DNA of 64,000 nucleotides from Dendrobates tinctorius (Eukaryota): NCBI RefSeq assembly GCF_039654945.1, contig NW_027361731.1, positions 186,001 to 250,000 of the forward strand, read 5' to 3'. Shown piece by piece: positions 50,304 to 59,920 of this stretch (position 1 is its first letter; each line of letters starts with the position of its first letter). The notes under the pieces were generated by a model. It saw only the letters and a program-made list of their open reading frames with translations, ran no database searches and was not told where the DNA came from. The position numbers and the translations under genes were made by a program.

Positions 50304-53300
50304 TGTTAGGCATCTGGTTCCTGCGCCTGCTCTGCAGGAATCCAGAGCCTCACATTCTGCGGTCTCCTGCTGTCTACTGCAGAGAAGATTACTTTGCAGC
50401 AGACCGCTCCAGAGACTAAGTTCCTCTGTGCTCCTACTGGGCATGCTCACGAGGCGATCGCCCATTGGAGATCTGGAGTCATCTGCCCAGGTCCTGCTCC
50501 AGATCTCATTGGTCCATCTTGGAGATCTGGAAGGTCCCGCATGGCTATAAAAGGTGCGCATGACCGTTCGGCCATGCGCTAGTATAGACTTTTCAAGCTA
50601 AATGTGTGAATGGTGACGGATGTATGACTCTGGTGACTGACTCATTTGAAACCCCTTCCCTCTGATATTACGCATATGGATAGGGAATTAGTGCAGCAGT
50701 CAGCACCAGTCAGTGGCAAGCCTTAGGCCACTGTGCACTCCGCACCTCTACTCTAGCATCCGACATTGCGCCTGCCTCCTAGCTTTGTCGACTAGCGGCC
50801 GTGCCCTACGCCGTGCTGCAGTTGCAGCCCTCCTTGGCGTCCGCAGTAGCGACGCCGCACACACGGTAGGTCTAGACAGATGCAGCTCCTCTGCCTTGGG
50901 TCCTGCTCCTGTGACCAGATACCGTGTGTGCATTTCCCTGTGGTCTGTGACACTAACAGGTTCAGCGTTTTCGTATGTTTATGTTGCGGCGCCTCTGTGT
51001 GTGAACAGAGCCCGTTTTGCACACTTCGGGTGAAGTCTAACCCGTGCGCATTATACCGCCATATTGCTTGTCTGTCATTACCTAGCAGCGGTGTAACATC
51101 TACTGCACGGTGGACCCCGAGCGGCGAACGCACTTTATTATTTATTTTTATTTAGTGCGTTCCGCCGTTCCTAACATTATACTAGCGCCAGGGTCTGGCT
51201 AGTAATGGCAGATCAGCAGCAACTACTTCAGTGCATTCGCCAGCTAGAGGGCCGGTTGGCTACTCTTGAGAGTGCTATCTCAGCAACGAAGTCTTCGGAG
51301 GCTGCTGTACAGGCGATCGCAGAGGCGGTTTCACTTATGTCCACGTCCTCCCCTGCGCCGACAGTTTCCCGCCTCCTGTTGCCCGATAAATTTTCTGGCG
51401 ATTGCGCCTCCTGTAGGGGTTTCATGAGCCAGTGCTTTGTCCAGCTGGAGATACTGGCTGCACGATTCCCTACGGAACGGGCTAGGGTGGGATTTATTAT
51501 TTCCCTTCTGTCGGGTAGGGCGTTGGAATGGGCCACGCCACTATGGGAGCGTGGTGACCCTGAGGTTCGGACCGCTGCTCAGTTCTTAACATCTATCAAG
51601 CAGGTTTTCCTGGGACCACGGGTCACGCACGATACCTCTATTCAGTTCCCTGCATTAACTCAGGGATCCCTCTCAGTCAGCCAGTATGCCATTCGTTTTC
51701 GGACACTGGCTTCCGAGCAGGAGTGGTCTGATAGAGCCCTCATCCCTGTGTTTTGGAGAGGTTTAGCTGAGCATGTTAAGGATGCTCTATCTACCAGAGA
51801 GGTTCCTGCAAGTCTGTAGGAGCTGATTGCCATTGCCACCCGCATTGATCTCCGTTTCTCGGAGCGCGGGCTGGAGCGTGCTCAATCCAGGCGGAGGGTT
51901 ACTCCGGCTCCCAACCTCTTTGAACCTCTGGAATCACCTGAGCCAGAGTGTTCACTCCCAGAGCCCATGGAGTTGTCTCGCGACAGTCTCGAGGCGCGTC
52001 CGGCACTAAGCTCCACTTGCGGTTACCACTGTCACCACTCTGTTCCCCAGGATAATGGGGCCCCGCAATGGCCAAACTCTGTGCCGCCGGGCAAGACCTT
52101 TGTCCTCCCTCGCCTTCGGCCGAAGGTTCTCGCGTGGGCACACGCGTCCAGGGCGGGTGGTTACTGTGGCTACATGCAGACCACAAAACTCCTGGCAGGG
52201 TCGTATTGGTGGCCGCACAGGGCTCGGGACTAGAGTTGAGCGATACCATCCGATACTTCAAAGTATCGTATCGGATGGTATCGGCCGATCTTTAAAAAAA
52301 GTATCGGTATCGCCGATTCCGATACCGGAAGTCCCATTCAAGTCTATGGGACTTCCGGTATCGGAATAAGAAAAACCCTTTCCTGCCCTTGTACAGCCTC
52401 TCTGGGGTCTGTACGGGCCTTTCGGGGGGCTGTGCCGGCCTGCCAGGGGGTCTGTGCAGGCTCCGGTGGTCTGTGCCGGCCTGCCGGTGGTCTGTGCAGG
52501 CTCCGGGGGGCTGTGCCGGCCTGCCGGGGGGCTGTGCCGGCCTGCCGGGGGGCTGTGCCGGCCTGCCGGGGGACTGTGCAGGCTCCGGGGGGCTGTGCCG
52601 GCCTGCCGGTGGTCTGTGCAGGCTCCGGGGGTCTGTGCAGGCATCGTCCGATGGGACTACAAGTCCCATCGGGCGATGCCTGCTACCATGACAGTGATTG
52701 ACACATTAGCCAATGATGGGACAGTAGTAGTCCCATCATCCGGCTAATGTGTTAAATGTAAAAAAAAAAATAAAAAAAAATTACATGCTACATACATACA
52801 ACATGCATACTACATACATGCTACATTCATACTACATACTACATACATGCTACATTCATACTACATGCAACATACATACTACATATATACTACATGCATG
52901 CTACATACATACTGCATACTACATGCTACATACATACTACATGCATGCTACATACATACTACATGCTACATACATACTACATACTACATATATACTACAT
53001 GCATGCTACATACATACTACATGCTACATACATACCACATACATGCTACATATATACTACATGCATGCTACATACATACTACATATATACTACATGCATG
53101 CTACATACATACTACATGCATGCTACATACATACTACATGCTACATACATACCACATACATGCTACATATATACTACATGCATGCTACATACATACTACA
53201 TATATACTACATGCATGCTACATACATACTACATGCATGCTACATACATACTACATGCTACATACATACCACATACATGCTACATATATACTACATGCAT

Positions 53301-54460
53301 GCTACATACATACTACATATATACTACATGCATGCTACATACATACTGCATGCTACATGCATGCTACATACATACTACATACATACTACATGCTACATAC
53401 ATACCACATATATACTACATACATACAATACATTCATACAATACATACATAGACATACAGTACATATAACATAGAGTAACATACTTACCAATACTTGTCA
53501 CATTGTTCCCCGAAGCCATTGTCGTCTACGGAATAAATATTAACATAACAAACCACAAAAATACTCACCCACGATCCGAAGCAGTCCACGAGTGTGTCCC
53601 ACGACGATCTTGGGTAGAGAACTGCAGCATCAGCTGTTGCTGCCGTTCTCTACGGGCTGCAGGAATCCAATGACGGAAGGTAGGTATCCTTCCGCACTGT
53701 ATTCCTCCGCCACTTAAAAAAAAAAAAGTCCCTAGTCTCACTTTATGCCATTGCTGTGTGGGAATTTCCCACACAGCAATGGCATAAAGTGAGACTAGGG
53801 ACTTTTTTTTTTTTAAGTGGCGGAGGAATACAGTGCGGAAGGATACCTACCTTCCGTCATTGGATTCCTGCAGCCCGTAGAGAACGGCAGCATCATCTGA
53901 TGCTGCAGTTCTCTACCCAAGATCGTCGTGGGACACACTCGTGGACTGCTTCGGATCGTGGGTGAGTATTTTTGTGGTTTGTTATGTTAATATTTATTCC
54001 GGAAAGACAATGGCTTCGGGGAACAATGTGACAAGTATTGGTAAGTATGTTACTCTATGTTATATGTACTGTATGTCTATGTATGTATTGTATGAATGTA
54101 TTGTATGTATGTAGTATATATGTGGTATGTATGTAGCATGCATGTAGTATATATGTAGCATGTATGTAGTATGTATGTGGTATGTATGTAGCATGTATGT
54201 AGTATGTATGTGGTATGTATGTAGCATGTAGTATATATGTAGCATGCATGTAGTATGTATGTGGTATGTATGTAGCATGTAGTATATATGTAGCATGCAT
54301 GTAGTATGTATGTAGTATGTATGTAGTATGTATGTAGCATGCAGTATGTATGTAGTATATATGTAGTATGTATGTAGCATGCATGTAGTATGTATGTAGC
54401 ATGTATGTAGTATGTATGTAGTATATATGTAGTATTTATGTAGCATGTAGTATGTATGTA

Positions 54461-54498
<38 letters not shown>

Positions 54499-56212
54499 AA
54501 CACATTAGCCGGATGATGGGACTACTACTGTCCCATCATTGGCTAATGTGTCAATCACTGTCATGGTAGCAGGCATCGCCCGATGGGACTTGTAGTCCCA
54601 TCGGACGATGCTTGCACAGACCCCCGGACATCAGCACAGCCCCCCGGCAGGCCGGCACAGCCCCCCGGCAGGCCGGTACAGACCCCCACAGGGTGCACAG
54701 ACCACCGGCAGGCCGGCACAGCCCCCCGGCAGGCCGGTACAGACCCCGGGCAGTCCACACAGCCCCCCGGCAGGCCGGCACAGCCCCCCGGCAGGCCGGC
54801 AGAGACCCCCGGAAGGCCCGAAATGACGGCGCATCATGATGCGCACACACCGCGCATCATGATGACGTCAGGCCGTCAATCAACTGAACTTCCGATTCCG
54901 ATGCCGAATTCCGATATTGAAAAAATATCGGAAGTCGGTATCGGAATTCCGATACAGCAAGTATCGGCCGATACCCGATACTTGCGGTATCGGAATGCTC
55001 AACACTACTCGGGACATTAAAAAATATATTCGTATATTCGGGCATGCGCCTCATGTGCTCAGGATAGCCTCCTTAAACAGAGAGTGGAAACGTCTGCCGA
55101 CACACCGCGGCGTTCCACTTCAACCTATGCTCCGGGAGGTCTTGCAGCTCCCGTTGTCTCCCATGTGTCCTTTCTTAAACCTGGCAATCTTGCTGCCTCT
55201 GATACCTTCCACGTGTCCCGGTTTTCCGTGTCATTTACAGGGACATCAGACTTGCCTTCTGACGAGTCTGAGACCTATGCTTCTGATGGGCACAAGGTGG
55301 TGGATTGGTAGGCTCAGAGGGGAGGGGGCCCTAGGAGGGGGGGTAATGTTAGGCGTCTGGTTTCTGCGCCTGCTTTGCAGGAATCCAGAGCTTCACATTC
55401 TGCGGTCTCCTGCTGTCTACTGCAGAGAAGATTACTTTGCAGCAGACCGCTCCAGAGACTAAGTTCCTCTGTGCTCCTACTGGGCATGCTCACGAGGCTA
55501 TCTCCCATTGGAGATCGGGAGTCATGTGCCCAGGTCCTGCTCCAGATCTCATTGGTCCATCTCGGAGATCTGGAAGGTCCCACACGGCTATAAAAAGCGC
55601 GCATGACCGTTCGGCCATGCGCTAGTATAGACTTTTCAAGCTAAATGTGTGAATGGTGACAGATGTATGACTCTGGTGACTGACTCATTTGAAACCCCTT
55701 CCCTCTGATATTACGCATGTGGATAGGGAATTAGTGCAGCAGTCAGCGCCAATCAGTGGCAAGCCATAGGCCACTGTGCACTCCGCACCTCTACTCTAGC
55801 GTCCGACATTGCACCTGCCTCCTAACTTTGTCGACTAGCGGTCATGTCCTACGCCGCGCTGCAGTTGCAGCCCTCCTTGGTATCCGCAGTAGCGACGCCG
55901 CAATCACGGTAGGTCTAGACGGACGCAGCTCCTCTGCCTTGGGTCCTGCTCCTGTGACCAGATTCCATGTGTGCATTTCCCTGTGGTCTGTGACACTAAC
56001 ATGCTCAGCGTTTTCATATGTTTATGTTGCGGCGCCTCTGTGTGTGAACAGAGCCCGCTTTGCTCAATTCGGGTGAAGTCTAACCCGTGCGCATTATACC
56101 GCCATATTGCTTGTCTGTCATTACCTAGCAGCGGTATAACATCTGCACGGTGGACCCCGAGCGGCGAACGCACTTTATTTATTTTTATTTAGTGCGTCAG
56201 CCGTTCCTAACA
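50304..56212 (+). mobile_element. Non-autonomous two-LTR element (~3.1 kb without its hAT insert) encoding Gag fused to the integrase Zn domain
   Basis: Similar LTRs at 50304-51176 and 55347-56212. TSD gctgt at 50299-50303 and 56213-56217. PPT aggaggggggg. Gag ORF from 51205. Confidence 0.93.
52231..55007. mobile_element. Non-autonomous hAT foldback (giant palindrome centred at 53765) with GC minisatellite and (TACA)n-like microsatellite arms
   Basis: 8-bp TSD ctcgggac at 52223-52230 and 55008-55015; TIR tagagttgagc / gctcaacacta. Confidence 0.94.
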
Positions 56213-57699
56213 GCTGTCTACTGAGCAGGAGCGATATAAGAGATTTGCCAATAGGTGCAGGCCTCCGAAATCTATGTTCAAGGTAGGAGACTCTGTGTGG
56301 TTATCTACTAAAAACTTGAGATTGAGCATTCCATCACAGAAACTGGGACAAAAATTAATCGGCCCATTCAAGATCTCTGGGATCTTGAGTTCCGTTGCCT
56401 GTTGTCTGAAGTTGCCAAGGACCTTGAAGGTATATCGTGTGTTTCATGTCTCCCTGTTAAAACCAGTGTCTCCAAATACTTTTCGGAGTTGTATTACACC
56501 TCCTCAGCCTGTGATAGTGTAAGGACAAGTACAGTTTGTTGTAGAGAAGATTCTGGATTCTAGAATCCGCAGGAATCAACTGCATTACCTAATCAAATGG
56601 CAAGGATATCCATCTGAGGAGAACTCCTAGGAGCCGGTGGGCAATATCTGTGCTCCTCAAAAAATTACTCTGTTCCATGAGAAATATCCTGACAAGCCTG
56701 GTCCTGGATCGTCCTGAGGCCGCTTCTGAGGTGGGAGTAATGTAAGAATTCCGGACTTTCTTTGAGCCTGTTCGCCTGGATCCAAGATGGAGTCTGGGAT
56801 CTCATCCTGTCATGGAACTTCCTGTCTGTCCTGATTATTTAAGTCCGGGTCATGTGTTCTCCTGTGCCTGAGTATTTTGTTGCTGTCTTGCTCCTGCCCA
56901 TCTGCTAGTGGACTCCCTGCTGTGGTCTGCTGCTTGTTACTCGGTGCTCTTCCTTTCTACATTCTGCTGCCTACTGCCCTGCTGTGCTCAACTACTGTTA
57001 GGACTTCTGGTGTGGAGCTGATCACCCTCGGAGCTGCTGTGGCATGTAAGGAATCCTGACTTTGCCATCTCCTTTGGGTCTATGTCTGTTGGGGCAGCCC
57101 TTTAGGTACATATATCGACCTTCTCCTGTTTTGCCTCTCCTGTGTCTCTCAGGACTTCTACGTTTGAATACCATGTGCATTTCACCCTTATGTTTGCTGG
57201 ACTTATGCACCCTAGTGCTGTGTGCATGCTGATTTACTACATTGTGGGACTGCCTCAGTAATACGGTGTGCTTGCTTACATATCTGCTGCTGGACTTCTA
57301 TGTTCTGTGCCCTGTACGCACTTGACTATTAGTACAGTTGGACTGGTTATTATTAGCGGTCTTACCCCGCTCTTCAGTCACTTAGGACATTTCCATATTG
57401 TGCTGAGTTTTCGTTACAATTGCAGAAAATATACTGCCAGTTTTGCTTTACTTGCATCATTTCCCTATTGTGCTGAGTTTTCGTTACTATTGCAGAAAGC
57501 GTACTGCCAGTTTTGCTTTACCTGCATTATTCCATATTGTGCTGTGCTTCTGTTACAGTTGCAGGAAGTACTCTGTTATTTTTGTCACTTTTATGAAATA
57601 TACTTATTTGCATCAACTTTGGTCTCAGTCTCATTTTGTCCCTTGCAATCAGATTTCGTAGTACCCATATAATTATTACACTGATACTGCGCTCCCTCA

Positions 57700-58769
57700 C
57701 AGCCTGAACTGTGCTGAACTCTGGAGCGTGGTAAAATGTACAGTTGCCTATGTTGTCACATGATCTGCCATGATCTCTGTGAATTCACGCTTAAAGGGAA
57801 TCTGTCACCTACTTTTTCGAGTGTCAGCTGCCGGCACTGCCATCAGGGGCTTATCTACAGCATTCTGTAATGCTGTATATAAGCCCCTGATGTAACCTGA
57901 AAGATGAGTTAGATTATACTCAACCAGGGGTGGTCCTGGTCTGGTTTTGGTCCGATGGGTGTCGCTGTCCGGTCCAGCGCCTCACATCTTCTAACGGTGA
58001 CGTCCTCTTCTTTGCTTCCCGTTGTGGCTCCTGCACAGGCACACTGCTCTGCCCTGCTGAGGGCAGAGCAGAGTACTGCAGTGCACAGGAGCCGGGAGAG
58101 GTCCACCGCCTGTGCACTGCAGTACTCTGCTCTGCTGTCAACAGGGCAGAGCATTGCGCCTGCACAGGAACCACGACGGGAAGCAAAGAAGAGGACGTCA
58201 CCGTTAGAAGATGGGAGGCGCCGGACCGGACCGCGACACTCATCGGACCCGCACCGCCCCTGGGTGAGTATAATATAACTCATTTTTCTTATCTTTGAGG
58301 TTACATCGGGGGCTTATCTACAGCATTACAAAATGCTGTAGATAAGACCCTGATGTCAATGTCAGCTGCTCATACAGCAAAAATGGGGTGACAGATTCCC
58401 TTTAATTCTGCAGGTGAAATTTTCCCGATCAAAAGTCCCATGTCATGTTCCACAAGTTATGTTATATACATTATTATATGCTCATGCCAGAATTTATACG
58501 TGGGAAGGACTACCCAACCCCTCCACAAAAGGCTGAACTCACATCATTCCAATATTCAAAAGGGTTTTCTCAAACATGGGCTTTCACGCCACTGCACCAC
58601 CAATCACAATAAAGATTACAAACAACTGAAAATATTCCCCATAGAGGAGATTCCTCCACAGATTCAGAATCGCATTGGACAACTAAATTGGAAAGCAATC
58701 TTTTGGATTTATAAACTAAACTCCCTTACTCCACATGGACTCAATGAAATTACAGATGTATTTTTGTGA
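57700..58769 (+). pseudogene. Penelope-like element C-terminus (Cys-rich linker plus GIY-YIG endonuclease), split by a MITE
   Basis: Removing 57795-58401 plus one TTAA gives RGKMYSCLCCHMI...FTLNSAGEIFPIKSPMSCSTSYVIYIIICSCQNLYVGRT...HGLNE in frame. Confidence 0.85.
57795..58401. mobile_element. Kolobok/T2-type foldback MITE, intact
   Basis: TTAA TSD at 57791-57794 and 58402-58405; TIR agggaatctgtcacc; the whole body is an imperfect palindrome. Confidence 0.93.
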
Positions 58770-59694
58770 TGCCCTTTTTGACTTCATGAATTGTATTATT
58801 TATTATAACATTTTACTGTCATAGTCATCAAAACTTTTATTGGTCAATTCATTGAGGATCTTAATTATTTTAATATTTTTTAACATACTTCTAATACATT
58901 CATAAATGTCATTGTCATATTTTATCACCCTTATTTATAATACAGTTTTAATACATTTCTACTGTAATAACACATAGTTGTTTATATCAAATCAGGTAAT
59001 TATCCTTTTCATATCCCGATGTATACTATATTATATACTACACATCTGACACCAATTCCTGTGTGTGTAGTCCGTTCCCCCAGTGTTTTTCGTTGTCTCC
59101 GTCATCCAAAGCGCTCCGCCAATGGATCCTCCGTTCTGTAGCCTGAGTGATCATTCGATGCTCTTTGTATCACATTATTCACCTCATCAACACCTCCCTC
59201 ATTTTCCCTCACTCCCATGCACTACATATTCTATCAGCTTCCACCATAGTAGCTTAACCCCCATACATGCTCACGAGGCTTATGTCTCACATTCTTATTT
59301 TGTCAGCACTTTTATTTCTCACTATGTAACACCCCAGGCTGACATTTATTAACATTCATTCTTACTACTTAGTAACCATTGGGTTACGTATTCGTCTTAT
59401 AGCTCAAGGAATTCTTTTCCAATAATCCTCTTTTTTCAGTCCGATGCTGATCCAACAAGTTCTCTAGTGGCGCACAGCTTTACACCACTATACCTGTGAC
59501 TTCAGAAACTTATTGATCACTGATTCACATCTCATATAGGAAACTACTGACTTAACTAAATAAAACCATTTATAAATGATTTACAGTATTTAATGGTAAG
59601 AACTTTTTCATTCATTTCACATACATTTTTATTCATTCTTTTAGGTGACTTCACTTAATTCTTAGGTACTTTTTTAATATAATTAGTGTATGTA

Positions 59695-59920
59695 CACTAC
59701 CGTTCAAAAGTTTAGGGTCACTTAGAAATTTCCTAATTTTTGAAAGAAAAGCACAGTTTTTTCCAATGAAGCTCACTTTAAATGATTCAGAAATACACTC
59801 TATACATTGTTAATGTGGTAAATGACTATTCTAGCTGCAAACGTCTGGTTTGTAATGCAATATCTTCATAGGTGTATAGAGGCCCATTTCCAAAAACCAT
59901 CACTCCAGTGTTCTTATGGT
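59695..59920. mobile_element. Tc1-like terminal fragment
   Basis: TA followed by cactaccgttcaaaagtttagggtcac, a typical Tc1 TIR start. Confidence 0.65.

Larger units (their letters stand above)
49350..57680 (+). mobile_element. Host Gypsy remnant: inverted RH/IN-Zn piece (49350-49910, minus), IN core (49915-50303), IN C-terminus/chromodomain (56218-56717), PPT, 3' LTR 56741-57680
   Basis: NYDVGDKEILAI and ISYRPG (-); SAYHPQTNGQTE (+); GPFKI..FHVSLLKP; PPT gaggtgggag; LTR termini tgtaa...ttaca. Confidence 0.85.

Noticed and set aside
51205-51819. Possible domesticated PEG10/RTL-like host gene
   Set aside because: It lies between two LTRs with a TSD and PPT, so it is the gag of a mobile element.
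52749-54503. H/Y/T-rich ORFs of 115-241 aa on both strands
   Set aside because: Stop-poor TACA microsatellite in the mirror arms of the foldback element.
58770-59694. Hammerhead ribozyme expected downstream of the Penelope fragment
   Set aside because: No CTGANGA...GAAA core with flanking stems found by eye.
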